Below are positions 11,498-25,490 of a stretch of DNA of 64,000 bases, piece by piece. Source of the stretch: the human T2T-CHM13v2.0 reference genome, Homo sapiens. Made by a program: the position numbers and the translations under genes. Under the pieces are notes generated by a model. That model worked only from the letters and a program-made list of their open reading frames with translations. It did not search any database and was not told the origin of the DNA. The stretch lies in NCBI RefSeq assembly GCF_009914755.1, contig NC_060928.1; one strand, 5' to 3'. The stretch's first letter is position 1. Each line of letters starts with the position of its first letter.

Positions 11498-14400
11498 GTA
11501 ACGTTAGGGAAAAAGGATCACGGCGAATGCATTAAGGCAGCAGAAAGACCTAACCCTCAAGTGCTGAAATGAGTGGACAGAGGGAAGGGACCCTGTTGTG
11601 CTGACTCAGCCTTGGTGGGTCCCAGCCTGTGGCACCCGCTGACAGATGGTGACAGGGTTCCTGGGTAAGCGAGGGGCCCAAGGACCCTCAGTGGTGCACA
11701 GAGGAGCCATGATGGGGGCCACGCCTGGGCCCCAGCGTCCTTTGCCCTGACCCAGGAGCTTGTCCAGATAAAACGCCGTAAAGTGCCTGGGCTGAGCCCG
11801 AGGTGTGTGCAGGAGCTGCATGGTTTTGTGCGGTCCAAGGGAGGCCGCCAAGACCGCCACGGTACGAAAAGTACCACGGTGATGAGTGAAAGGGACAGGC
11901 GGCGCAGGGCTCTCAGGCCACTTACTGCTATACGGTCCCAAGGCCCACCCTGTAGGGCTTACACAGCTGCCTACACAGGGTGCCCATCGTGGTGGCTCCT
12001 GACCTCTGCCGTTGGCTCTGGGTGGGAGCAGTGGGGCTGGGTTTCTCTGACTGGCGCCCCTACTGCATGCCACCCCAGCAGGAGCCCCAGGGCCTCGGCA
12101 TCTCCACTCTGTTCCCTTGTTATCTCGCCCTGGTGCTGGGATCCGGGATAAGCAGGGTGCTGTCCACTTCCAGGGCCTAGGGACCCAGTGCTGGGCCAAG
12201 TGCCTATGGCAGAGTGCTTGGGAGCTGTCTGGTTTGGTCCTCAGAGTCCTGTTGCTAATAAGCGTGGAGGGGGAGGACGGAGCAAGGCTCAGGGAGTGAA
12301 GTGACTTGCCCCTAGTCTCCAGCTTAAGGGACCAAGGCTGGGACTGGAGCCCAGGCGTGAATGGTGCCCAGGAGCTCATCCCAGGGAAGGTCTGAGATGC
12401 TGTCTGCCTCACCTGGGCATGTGGCCTGGACTGGCAGTTCTAACTAAGACCCACCTCTGTCTCTCATGTCAGAAGGTGGGTGCCTTCTCTTACCTGCAAC
12501 CCCAGGGCCTTTGCACAAGCTATGCTCTGTCTGACTCTATGTAATCCCATGCTTGGCTAACTCATGTGGAAGATTGCTCCCAGGACGCTGGCGGATGTGT
12601 CAACGTGTCTGGGTGGAACAGATGTCACAAGGATGTGAGTCAGAGGTGGCTGCCTCCCTAACAGATTGGGAGCCCAGACAGAGGGTGACAGTAGCTTGGA
12701 TCCCGGGTGCAGGGTGTGGCGTTTGCCTGTAGGTGCTGTGCCTGAGTGCCTCCCCTGTGCCCGATACCATGAGACTTCAGGCCGAGTGGAGTGACACTGT
12801 GCAAGAGAGACAGGGTCCGGCTGACCAGCCTCACCATGACTCCAGCCGAGCCCACTGAATAGGTGGGCTACCTTCCACCATTCCCTGGCCTCGGTTTCCT
12901 GCTCTCGGTTTCCTCAGCTGCCTGGTGGGTTCCACTGCAACTCTCTGGGGGTCTCCTTCTGTCCCGGCACCGCCTGCTCCTGTTCCTCATCCGAGTCTCT
13001 GCGGATGCGTGGACCCCGCCCTCTGTGCAGCCTCAGCACTAAGTCCTGGGTCCAGCAGCTCCGGGACTGCCCCAGTTACTCCTGGGGAAACTGAGGACTG
13101 GAGCTCTGCTTCTTTGCCCGAGTTTTCTCTAGGGTGAGCACCAGACCACTCTTTCTTCAAGGGAACCAGCAGCATTGAGCGGGACCCAAAAGGGGGCTGT
13201 GGCCTGGGAGAGCTTCCCAACCAGCCTCCCCAGGGGCTCTTGGGATCAGTTTAAAACAGAAGCAGCTCCTAACTCCTCAAGGGTGGGCTGGAGCCCCTGC
13301 TTCCCCAGGCCTTCCTGTCCTGCTGAGCTGGGCCCTGCGGTAGCTTCCTCCCTGTACCCCACATGGCGTGGCCCACCCTGTGTCCCCTGGCCTCCTACCC
13401 AGAGCCCTGCCCCCTCCACAGAGGCCAGGGCCCACCCCCACTGTCCTTAAGGTTGGTGGGCTTCCTTCTGAGAGTGGGCCTGGGGTTTCTCCTCTCCTTC
13501 TTACCCACCCCAGAGCCAGGCTCAGCAGGAAATGCCTGGTAGGGGCCCTGCCAGGGCCATAAGGCTTTCAGGGCACCCTCAGGTTGTGTTGTAGGGGTGG
13601 GCCAGGTGGCCCCAGGCTCTGGGTGACACTAGCCACGCTGGCTGGGTAGCCAAGCGTTGCAGCTCACTCAGCCTCGAGGTCCTAATCGGGAGAACAAAAC
13701 GAGCAGTTGGCGATGGAGCGGGCACAGAGCTGGCGCACTCAGAACACAGTGGACATTTCCTTGGGGGCTCCCCGCCCCTCCCTTGGTCCAGCAGCCTAGC
13801 CCTCCTATCACAAGAGGTGACTGTGGGCAGGGAAGCACCCCCAACCTTCACACCCACTGTGCCCGTGGCCCAGGCGTCCCACGCATCCCAGGAGGGTCTG
13901 GTTGGCGGGAGCCCTCTGCTTCTGCTTCCTCTAGATGAGGAAGGTGCCCGGCAGGTTTCCTACCTAAGCACACCCCCTGGGCCCGGAGGGTCAGCAGCCA
14001 GGCTGGTGTGGGCGTGGGGTGTCCCGGCCACAGCTGATCTGCTCAGTGACTGCTGCTGCCCTTGCCTATCGATGAGGATGCTGGGGCCGGGAGGTCACCC
14101 TGGAGGCCCAGGCTGCGCTTGGTGGGTGCAGAGCCCCTGGAGTGCCCCCCTCCTGCAGCCAGGGGTCCCCCGAGATGGAAGAAGTGGGGTGCCTGGGGCT
14201 GGCCAGATGGTGTAATTCAGCACATGAGCCCATGAGCTAGGCCCCACGGAGAGTAGGGGTTCCAGCCAGCTGGGGTGTGGACGAGGTCTGTTCATGCTGC
14301 AGGAGGCACCTGGTGCCAGTGTCACACTGGGCACTGTTCAGGCACCAAGGACATGGGGGACGGACATGCAGAGATCTCTCCCCACAGAACTGGTGTCAGG

Positions 14401-16813
14401 GGAGGGGCAGATAGCCAACAGACATGCTGAAAATGCCACAGCGTCGGGGGGTGCCGGGTGGGGGCTGCCTCTCTGAGGAGTGGGGGCCCTGCCGTGGACT
14501 GAGCCTGTGTGGGAGAAGGCCCAGGGCCTGCGGATTGGGGTCCAGCCCAGGGGAGTGTGGTCTAGATGAGGGGCCAAGGGGCAAGGGCGGGGCAGAGGAG
14601 GTGGAGAGGGTGGCGTTCCAGGTGGAGGGCACTGCTGCTGCCAAGGTGCAGAGAGGGAAGGGGTGTGGCACTGGGAATGTGGCTCTGTCTGTGCCAAGGG
14701 CCGCGGGGAGACGCCTGTTCTGGAGGCCAGGCCCGCAGGCAGGAAGGAAAAGCACGGCCGGACGCTGAGCTGGGCGGTTCCTCCCTTCCCTTGACACTAG
14801 AGCAAGCCCAGCAGCCAGCTGCCCCACCCCCACTGCTCAAGTGAGGAAACTGAGGCTCAGAGTGGGCCACAGGCCAGGAGGAGGGGATTGAGCCAGGCTT
14901 GTTCCCACCAAAGCCTGCACGCTGACCACGGCTCTATTCTGCCTGCCAAGGTCACATGCATAGAGCGGCCCTCTCTGGTGGGAGCCACTGGGTGGGGCAG
15001 GACTGCCGCCCCTCTCGGGACCCTGCGGGGCTGGGGCATAGGGTGCCCAGGCTGGCTGCGGTGAGGGACAGTGAAACCCTTCAGGCCAGGAGAGGCGAGG
15101 CAGGGTGGGGAGGAGGTGGGCCCCAGCCTTGGGTGGGAGCCAGGAACTTGGGGTGGTGGACCCGGCCCACCCCACACATCAGGACTCTGGAGAATTTTTT
15201 CTCAAGTGATTAAAAGGTAGAAACTCGTCAGTGTTTGTGAAGAACTGAAGTGTGAATCCTGAGCCGCCTCTGCTGCTTGTGGTTTGAGACTGGAGAGTGG
15301 CTCCAGGCGAGCAGCAGTGCCAGCCGTGGCTTCCCCCAGACCCACCTCGCCTTGCCTCACTTCACTGTCTCCAGCCCCACCTCACCGTCTCCAGCCCCAC
15401 CTCACCCTCACCACCCTCGGCCTGGAAGCCCGCCCTGGCCTCCTCCCTCCAGCCAGTGTACGGCCCCTGCCTGGCCAGGCCAGAGCTCCGCCTAGGGCAA
15501 CCCTCTTCCAGGTGTGGAGGCCCCCGGGCAGTCCCGACTCCCATGCCCATCTCAAGAACCTTTCCTGGGGACAGAGACACCAGGCCTGAGAGAGGAAGGC
15601 CCAGTGGGGCATCCGGAGATGTGAGAACATTGCAGCTTCCCTCTGAGGACAGAGCTTGAGGGCCAAGCATCCACCAACAGCTTGGCCTTGCTCTCTGAAG
15701 CCCAGGTGCCATGCAGGCAGCTGTGCCTACAGGGCCCTTGTCTGCATTTTTCTTAATTCCCTTTGTCCGTTGCACACAGCAGTGGCCTGACCGTCTCTGC
15801 CTCCACCCTGCACCGCTCTGTGAAGCCCCTGGGGCCTCTGAGCCCCGAACACACTGCGTCTTCTGGGAACACTGCTGTCTCCAGTGCACCAGCCTTTCTC
15901 TGTTTTGCAGCGAGCAGCCTCACGTGCGTGCCCAGGGCTGGCCGCCGGCTTGTCTCACTGGGCAGAGGTCCAGGGGTGTGGAAGGGCCTCAGCTGCGGCC
16001 GTGCTGCACTCCAGTTCTTTGAAAACCTCTCTCATTGAGAGTCCAATTAGCGCTAAGTCACAATTTTTTCACTCTGAGCTCTGAAGGATGTACTGGTTAC
16101 AACCTCGCTGGGGTCTGGCCTCATGTATGGACATGACAGTGAACTCATCTGTTTGTCTGTCTGTCTTTCTCTTGGGTCCTGCCATGGGCCTGGTGCCCAT
16201 CTGGGCCTTGGAGATTCAGTGGGACTTGGACCCGTGGGGAGTGCCAGGGACACATGGGGTAATGCTGGTGGCAGAACTGTGCCATTGACTTGGAGATTTC
16301 AGAGAAGAGGGCAAGGTTCTAGATGGTTCCATCCTCAAAGGATGAGGGAGCGTTTGGTTTCCATGTGGAGGTGACTGCAGGTACCAGGATGGGGCAAGTG
16401 CATGACAGGTCCAGTGTCGGGGGCCCAGGGCAGGAAGGGAAAGCAGGCGCCGCACCCCATCCACGTGGACAGGGAACCAACCTCGCTGCTGCGCCGTGGT
16501 GAATGTGGCCTGAGACAAGGAAGGGCAGGCCAAAGGGGTGAACGCGAGGCCAGGAGGTGGGGTCAGCAAGCCTGGCGGGTGTGGGTCAGGCATGGCAGGT
16601 GAGGCTGGTGGACCCTGTGTGCAGGAGGGTGGGAGGTGGAGAGCCCAGCCTTCGGGAGGCTGTGGGCACCTGCGGAGGCAAGCTCAGCAGTGCCCGCCCA
16701 GGTTGGTCACAGCCTTGTGGAGCCTGTCTCTCCCTGACAGGCACGCCCACACTCGGGATCAGACTAAGTGGAGCCTGCAGTTCATCCTGGGGAAGGACTC
16801 AGGTGAGTCCCCG

Positions 16814-17257
16814 TGTGGATTCATTTCCTGGGGCTGCCCTAAGAAAGTTCCACACACGAGGGGCCTGAAAACAACAGAAATTTACTCTCTCATGATTCTG
16901 GAGGCCAGAAGTCCAAAGCTGAGGGGTCTACAGGGCTGTGTTGCCCCGGTGGCTCTGGGGAAGCCCCTTCCTCCCCTCCCAGCTTCTGCTGGTGGCCGGC
17001 GATCCTCGGTGCCCTTGGTGTGTGGCCACATCCCTCCAGCCTCTTTTCCATCCTTACATGGTCCTTTCCAGGCATCTTCTCCTACTCCATCTCTTACAGG
17101 ACAGTTGCCTTGGATTTAGGGCCCACTTGGTCAATCCAGGATGTGCTGCTTAACTTAGTTACATCGAAGACCCTTTTTCCAAATAAGGTCGTGTTCACAG
17201 GTTCTGGGGATTAGGATGTGGACAAAGCTTTTGGGGGCCACCTTTCAGCCCACTACA
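16814..17257 (-). mobile_element. ERVL-MaLR solo LTR (MLT1B/C-like)
   Basis: Diagnostic AAAACAACAGAAATTTACTCTCTCA...TTCTGGAGGCCAGAAGTCC, TTTCCAAATAAGGTC...ACAGGTTCTGGGGATTAGGA and terminal CAGCCCACTACA. Confidence 0.85.
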
Positions 17258-17517
17258 ACATGTGGCCCCAGGCAGGGTCCTTCTTTCTAGGGTTCCCTCT
17301 CCCTCTATCCCAGTTGGGTAGTGCCCAGTCCGAGTTCCCGGGAATCCTCCCAGTCCTGCATCATGGGACAGCAATCAGAATGGGGCATAGAGGGAAGGGG
17401 CTTCTGGCTGGGGAGAGCCTGGGAGGGTCCCAGGGATGGCTGTGGAGCGGACCCAGGCCCCATGGGAGGGGCTCATGCAAAACATCTTATTTTGAGAGCT
17501 TGAGATTTTCCCTGGGG

Positions 17518-17930
17518 GTGCCCGCCTTCCCCCAGGCTCTGTGCCCACCCACCCTCCTAGGGCTCAGTGCCCGCCTTCCCCCAGGCTCTGTGCCCACCCA
17601 CCCTCCTAGGGCTCAGTGCCCGCCTTCCCCCAGGCTCTGTGCCCACCCACCCTCCTAGGGCTCAGTGCCCGCCTTCCCCCAGGCTCTGTGCCCACCCACC
17701 CTCCTAGGGCTCAGTGCCCGCCTTCCCCCAGGCTCTGTGCCCACCCACTCTCCTAGGGCTCAGTGCCCACCTTCTCCCAGGGTTAGTGCCCTCCCTCCCT
17801 CCCTGGGCTCATTACCCACCTTCCCCCAGGTTCAGTGCCCTCCCTCCCTCCTCTGGGCTCAGTGTCCACCTTCCCACAGGCTCAATGCCCTCCCTCTCTC
17901 CCCTGGACTCAGTGCCCTCCCTGAGCTCTG
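17518..17930. repeat. 49-bp-unit VNTR (5 near-perfect units 17518-17762, then degenerate)
   Basis: Unit GTGCCCGCCTTCCCCCAGGCTCTGTGCCCACCCACCCTCCTAGGGCTCA starts at 17518, 17567, 17616, 17665 and 17714. Confidence 0.95.
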
Positions 17931-20684
17931 CAGACCCTCCTTGGCATGTTCAGCACCTGAGCCTCTCCTGAAGGTGGCAAGCAGGTACCAGGCTGGGTAC
18001 AGGGTCCCTGGGTGCCAGTCCCCATGCCACTGATCCCTAGCTTCCTCTCTGAACCCCAGAGATGCAGATGGCAACAGGACTGTCCTCTTGGGCTGTGAGC
18101 CTTGAGATGAGGCAGGTGCCGTGAGGCAGGAGGTGCCAGGGCAGGGTCAGCTCCGTGGTGGCTGCAGACACCACCCACTGTGCTGGGTGTTTGCCTTACT
18201 CCTGAGCGGGCTGAAGGCTCCCAGAACCCAGTGAAAGCTCCCTCCCTCTTCTTTTTCAGGCTGACCCTTGGCCCTCTGCCTGCCCTGCTGGCTGGCTCCC
18301 ACTCATCCTGGTAAGTGCCCTGTGTCTGGCATGGTGGGAAGTCCCCAAGCCTGGCAGTTTGAGGCACCAGCTCAGGGGCAGGGGAGCAGCTGCAACTTGG
18401 GAAGGATGGAGAGGGACACCAGGGCTGCCCATTGAGGCGGCCCCGGCCATGCCCCGCTGCACACACCCCCTGCTTGGATGCAGGCGTGGGGTCATCTCCA
18501 TGGTTACCGGCACAGGGTAAATGTCAAGGAGTGGCCATGGCTGAGGAGGGGAGAATGGCCTGTGTTTAGGAATATGAACGGCAGTGTCATATGCCGCAGG
18601 GATGAAGAGGAATTGAGAGAGCAATTGGAGAAGCTAAGGCCCAGAGAGGAGGGGTCTGCAGAGGTCACCCAGCAGCCCAGGACTCCCAGCTCCAGCTTCC
18701 CTCTGGGAAGATAGGGTTGGGGAAGGGGCTGGTGTGGATTTGTCCCCCACCCCCAGGGTCCCCTCACCTGGCCTGCTCCTCTCCTCTGGGCTGGACTCCC
18801 CCTGTAGCATCACAGCATTGGACCAGGGCTGTGGGGGGAATGGGCCTGGGCCAGGGTCAGGTGGGTCTTCTGCTTGCTTCTGCCTCTGCCGAGTCTATGA
18901 GTGTGGGGCTTTTGGCGGAGCAAGGGCAGGGGCGAGCCTGGCTCCTGCTTCCAGCTCAGGCCTTGTCCGCTCTTGCATTTGCCTGCCCAGTAAGGGGTGG
19001 CGTGTTCCTGAGAGCGCCGGCTGCCTCTGGGTTCTTATCTTCATGGGTTGTCATCCCTGAAGCTGTGCGTTGGCCACCTCATTGCCTGTGGATTCCTCCC
19101 AACCCTGGGGTGTGCTCACCCCAAGCCCCTTCCTCCCGTGGCTCCCTCACCCCAGCTCCTTCCAGCAAACTTCCTCCTCTATCAAAGCTGGGCCCCTCCT
19201 CTGGGAGGCGTTCCCCAGTCCAGAACCCACAGGGCCTGGTCCCTCCTCTGGACCCTGCAGCCCCAACTGTCAGAACTGCCTGCCTCATCGTCCAGGCTGG
19301 GCAGTGGCCCAGGGGTTCCTCACCTGCTGTTTGATCTCAACCCTCCTGCAAGGAGGAAAGAGAATGGGAAGAGGCCCCACTCTGTCCGTGCCCTCCTCGC
19401 TGCCCTCTGTCTGTCTGCCTGCTGTGGCCAGCCTTCTGCTGAAGGTGTGGTCTGCCCTTGGCCACCTGAGGGGACTGAGGCTGGCACAGGCTGGGGACGC
19501 CAGGGTGTCTGTGCCCATGCTAAGGAGGCCCCAGACCTAAAAGCCCAAGCTCCTCACCCTCTAGGAGACAGTGGGGTGTCTGCAGCCCAAACGGGCCCTG
19601 AGGGGGACCTTGGCAGCAGGGCTGGGGCTGCAGACACAGCTGGGGAGACGGAGCTCCTTAGCCTGGGAGCTGCCTTTTTTGAGTGACCCGACACCTAGGC
19701 TATGGGACAGCTTGGGACCTGCACAGCCGGTTACGGGGCTGGGGTCCAGGGTTTGTTGGGAGGCTGATTTCGGGGGGCCGTGCCCTAGGAAGCCTGGCGG
19801 GCAAGATGAGACCCCTGCAGCTTTGTGGCCTGTGCTCTGTGGCCTCTGTCACCCTCAAATCCTGCTGTGAGGGTGGCCCCAGGCCCCAGAAAGCCCCTTT
19901 CTCCAGCTGCCTCTGCCCAGGGGTCCTGTCCTCCCTGGGCAAGTTCTGGGAGGAGAGGGAGGGCGCTCAGCAGCCAGTGGCTAGAATCCCCATTCCCTGC
20001 TTCCGGGCTCTGGGCCTGGGCAGGGCACTGGGCTTGGTGGGGGCAGAGCAGCCCTGGGAGGGGCCGAATTCTGAGCGGGCCTTGGGGCAGGGGCCGGTGA
20101 GTACGGGAGCGTGCTTTGCCACTCAGCCATAATGTACTTTCCAGCAAACCAGATGTTAGCAGAGCTGGTGTGGTTGCGGGGACGTGAAAAGGCTGGGGAT
20201 AGAGTAGGAATCGAGGAATGCCAGAGCCCAGGCCTAGTCCCTCAGTCCCTTGGTGTGAAAGGGCACAGAGATGGCCACCTTGAAATTCATAGAACCGGGT
20301 GCAAGACATAACAGCCCTCTGTGTGGCCTCAGATGGCAGAGCAGGGTGGCAGCAGCTGCCCTGGCAGGAAGAGCATGCTGGTAAGGTGACACCATCCCTG
20401 TGTGTGTTGTAAATGCTGCTCTGTGCTGGGCCTGACACCCAGGGTGCAGGTTGTTTCATGGTTTGCTAGGGAGAAGCCGAGTATTCAGAGGTGGCCCTGC
20501 GGGGAGGCAGCAGGGAGCTTCCTCCCAGGGATGCAGCTGACCTTGCGCTGGAGCCAGAGAGCCCTGGCCTCTGACCACAGGATGGGAGGGCAGGAGCAGT
20601 GGAAGGTAGGAGTTAAAACCCGGATGGTGGATGAGGGGCAGCCCTGGGCCCCAGGCAGCTTTCAGGACCTCACAGGGTAGAAGG

Positions 20685-20752
20685 CAGGAAGTGCCGGCTA
20701 CTTGGTGCTGCCCAGGGAGCAGGGAACAGGAAGTCCCGGGTGGGGAGGAAGC
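20685..20752 (+). promoter_or_regulatory. SH3BP2: Cluster of ETS-type GGAAG(T) sites, putative internal promoter
   Basis: CAGGAAGTG (20685), CAGGAAGT (20727), GAGGAAGC (20745), 130-190 bp upstream of an in-frame alternative ATG exon. Confidence 0.55.
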
Positions 20753-20878
20753 ACCGGCGGCCACAGGCCTCAGAAGCAGCAGGAGTGAGCTGTGGGCACA
20801 GCTGTGGGGCAGCCAGGCGCGTCAGGCCTCACATGTCTGGGAGATGTAGGCTGCCTGGGCTGGTGGCCCCTGAGCCGC

Positions 20879-20958
20879 ATGGCCTCCCTGGGCCCCAGGA
20901 CACCGGCCCCGAGCAGGTCACGAGGACGGAGGGCCATGTGTTGGGTCAGCACCATCAG
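20879..20958 (+). CDS. SH3BP2: SH3BP2 alternative coding first exon (28-aa N-terminal extension MASLGPRTPAPSRSRGRRAMCWVSTI-SF)
   Basis: ATG 20879, donor CAG|GTCAGT; 80 nt plus CTTC of exon 2 is in frame with ATG 29100 (589-aa product, as I recall for an annotated isoform). Confidence 0.8.
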
Positions 20959-22149
20959 GTCAGTGGGGCGGCCCCAGGACTGGGGCTCGGGAGGCGGCAC
21001 TGGTCTAGCACCTGAAGAACCAGTAAGGGGGCCCCACGTGGGAGCCACAGCCTTCCTCGGGGCTGGCCGTGGGAGCCCACAGGAGGTGGCCCTGAGCCTG
21101 CAAAAGGCAACAGGCTCTGAGGAGAGTGGCCTCTGTCTGCCTTGAGAGGCCCCCGAGCTGGCAGGCACAGGGGGAGGCCAGAGAGGGAATGTGATACTTA
21201 GAACCCCCCCCACCCCCCCATCACATGCGGCCGACAGGGAGGCGGGGGCCAGCCTGCTGGGGTGGGGCCCAGGTCCGGGAACTTCTCATGATACAGCCTG
21301 CAGGGTGGCCTTGGTGTTTGGGTCCTAAGTACACACATGTTGTGTATGTGAGTGTGTGTTTCTGTTGTGAGGGGGTAACGGAGAGAGCTGTACAAGGTCC
21401 CTGCTGCCCACCTGGGGAGTGCCATGCTCTGAAACCTGCAATGTGGAGGACCCTCAGGGACCTCAGGGACTGCCGGGCTGGGGCTGTGCTCGCAGAGCCC
21501 AGGCTGGGCCACCCTGCCTCTGGCCAGCAGTGCTTCTCTGGCATAGCTGGTTACTGGGCCTTTACGGGAGACTTTTGGTTTTGATTATGTTAACAGAGAA
21601 AGATTCTGGGAACAGGAAGGAAACAAGGGAAACCGAAAAGGAAGAGCAGACAGCTGTGGGGAGGCAGGGCAGCCAGGGCTCCAAGGTGGAAGCCGCCCCA
21701 TCTGCACATCCCACGCCCACCACCGGCCACCCACTGTGCGCCAAGCTGGGCCGTGGCTGTGCTGGGCCGGGGGTGGTGCGTGAGCCACCATTTACTGGCT
21801 GTGTGACTTTGGCCAAGTTTCTTCGTCAGTGACTTGGGGAGGACTCTGGTTTGAAGCTCAAGGTGTTGGATGATGGGGCGATCACTGAGAAGCACAGAGC
21901 TTGGCCCACAGGGAGTGCCCAGTGCGCTCGGCACAAGGCCTGATCCTCTCCCAGCCTCTATACCCAAGTCTGTAAAATAGAAGTAAAGTATTGAGCTCAG
22001 GTGGACCCTGGGCGATTTAGTGAGCTGTGAGGTACAGCTTGGCACTGGGCCCTGGCAGGGCTGGGAGTGGTGGTGATGATTCTGTGCTCAGGCTTCAGGA
22101 CACGGAGACACAGAAGACCGCACTTGACAGGTCTTGTTGGTCGTTGGAG

Positions 22150-22400
22150 GCTGTGTGTGTGTGAATGAGTGCTTGCATATGCATGAGTGAGTGTGATGAA
22201 TGTGTATATCAGTATACATATGGGTGTGAGTGTGCACGTATGAGTAGACATGAGTGCATGAGTGTGTATGAGAACATGAGAGCGAGTGGGCATGCGGGAG
22301 AATGAGTGTGTATATATGTGTTAGTGTGGATGGTGTGAGTGTTAACTGTACATGCATGAGTGTGACAGGATGCGCATATATGAGCGTATGAATAAAGTGC
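22150..22400. repeat. Degenerate TG/TGAG-rich low-complexity tract
   Basis: GTGTGTGTGAATGAGTG...ATGAGTGTGTAT reiterations. Confidence 0.7.
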
Positions 22401-24439
22401 ACAGGGTGACCTGGTATCTTCTCCCTTTGGGCTGGATCCCCAGCCCCAACTTGCCCTGTGGCTCCCACAAATGGGGCCAACCTGATCACCACTAACAGTA
22501 AGTCCTTGACCCTGTGGTCACATGAGGTGCTGGCTCCCTTACCACAGCCAGGATGATCCTGCAGGAGCCCAGCCTCCCAGAGCCCCCACCCTGCTCCTAT
22601 GCAGGGGCTCACGCCTGTGTGCATGCGAGCTGTGCAGCTCATGTGCACGTCCTGTGTGAGTGCACCACCTGTGACATTAACTGGGTGTGCAGAGACACAG
22701 CGCACATGAGGGCCTGCACAGGCCATGACCACACACGCCACAGGGCTCATGGGGCCCCAGGGTGGTGGGAGCCACAGAGCCTGCATTAAATGGAACCCGA
22801 TGGGGTGTCTCTGTGGGACTGAGCACTTTTCACCTGACTGCTCTGCCCCCCACCGCAGCAGCCTCAGGCCTTGGGGTCACCTGAACCAATTGCAACTTTG
22901 AGAGAAGGTAGGGAGATGAGCACAGAAACAGAGACCTGGAGAGTGTATCCCAGGTGCCCCGTCTTCCCTAATGTGCATGTGCACACACACACACACACGC
23001 ACACACGCACAAGTGTACAGGCTCAAATGCAAATCTCCACGTGTGCACACATGCAAAGATCACATACTTTCTGGAAGGGCTCATGGAGCCCAGCAGCCAC
23101 CACCAGCTTTGGCCACCCAACGCTGGCCCATGTGTCTCCAGAGCCCTGCCCCAGAGAGCAGCTGCAGAGGTGTCAGGGGACTCTGAGAGTGGACTCCTCC
23201 ATACCCACTTTACACTGGAGGAGGTGGGGGCTCAGGGGAAGGAGGGGCCCCAGGAAGGATGTGAACCCAGATCTTCAGCACTCTCCCTCACAGCTCCTGC
23301 CCATGTTAACTCAGCCGACACCGCAGCAGCATGGTGACAGGTCCCCCCAGGGTGTCTGCCTCTACAGAGGAAGGGACTGAAGCACCCAGAGAGCTGGCAG
23401 GTAGGCCTGTGGAGTCCCCTGGAATGAATGAATGGAATTTAACCATCAGGTCCCTGGAAGAGGGGCTGGGCACTGAGAAGCACAGCCAGGGAGGCCTGGC
23501 CAGCTAGGAGTGTGGGTGCTCCTTGGGGATGCCCCCTGGTTTTCCCGAGCACAAGTGGGGCCAGATTCTGTGAGCTGGGCTGAACTTCCCCAAGAGCAGC
23601 ATGGTCACCACGGCCTCCATGGCCCATCATCACCCTCAGCCTCAGCCGACCTTTCCCCTTTCTGCTCTCAGCCTGGCCTGGCACTGGGCTCCTGGCCAGG
23701 TATCACCCCCTGGCACAGGGCAGGGCCAGGTGGGGCAGAGGATAGTAAGGTGGCAGGGGTGGGTTTCCCCTTGAATGGCCCCTCCTCTGGAGAGGGGCTG
23801 TGGGTGTCAGCGTCTGTCCCTGAAGCGAGGAATTCCCAGGGGAGGTGAGGGTGCCACATGACCTGCCCTTGTCATGACCTGTCCCCCTGCCCAGGGTCAG
23901 CTGATGATCACCTAAGAGCCTTCATCCTGCCCACAGCGGGACAGCAGCCAGGCAGGAACGAGCCCCTCACAGGCCTGCCCCTATCTGGCCACTGAGCTGG
24001 ACCCATGTAGGACTGTAACCTGTCCCTGTAACTCTTCCTGCTGAGCCTTGTCCAGGTGTGGAGCCAGGAGGAGGTGGTGGGTTCCATCTGTCCTCACAGT
24101 GGCTCCTCCCACTTTGACACACAGGCCAGGTCTTATAGCTTTTGGGTGGCGGGGGCACAGTGGGGTGTGATGCCCCAGGGTAGGGGCTCTGTTTCAGCTT
24201 CCTGTGCCTTCCAGGCAACTTGCAGTCCCTGTCACCCACAGGGTGAACATTCCATCCTTCTTTTGGGGCTACCTGGGTGTCCCCCCTGGGCTGGGTCTGA
24301 GCTGGTGAGGATGGGAGACAATGACCAACTAGTGTGGTCAGTGTTAGGGGCAGAGAAGGCTATGCTAGCCCCAAGGGAGGGACACAGGACTCCAGAGAGG
24401 TTATGGGAGACTGCCTGGAAAAGGGAACGCTTGAACTAA

Positions 24440-25490
<1,051 letters not shown>

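Noticed and set aside
17518-17762. Regular repeats superficially like a CRISPR array
   Set aside because: Head-to-tail units without unique spacers; eukaryotic context; no cas genes.
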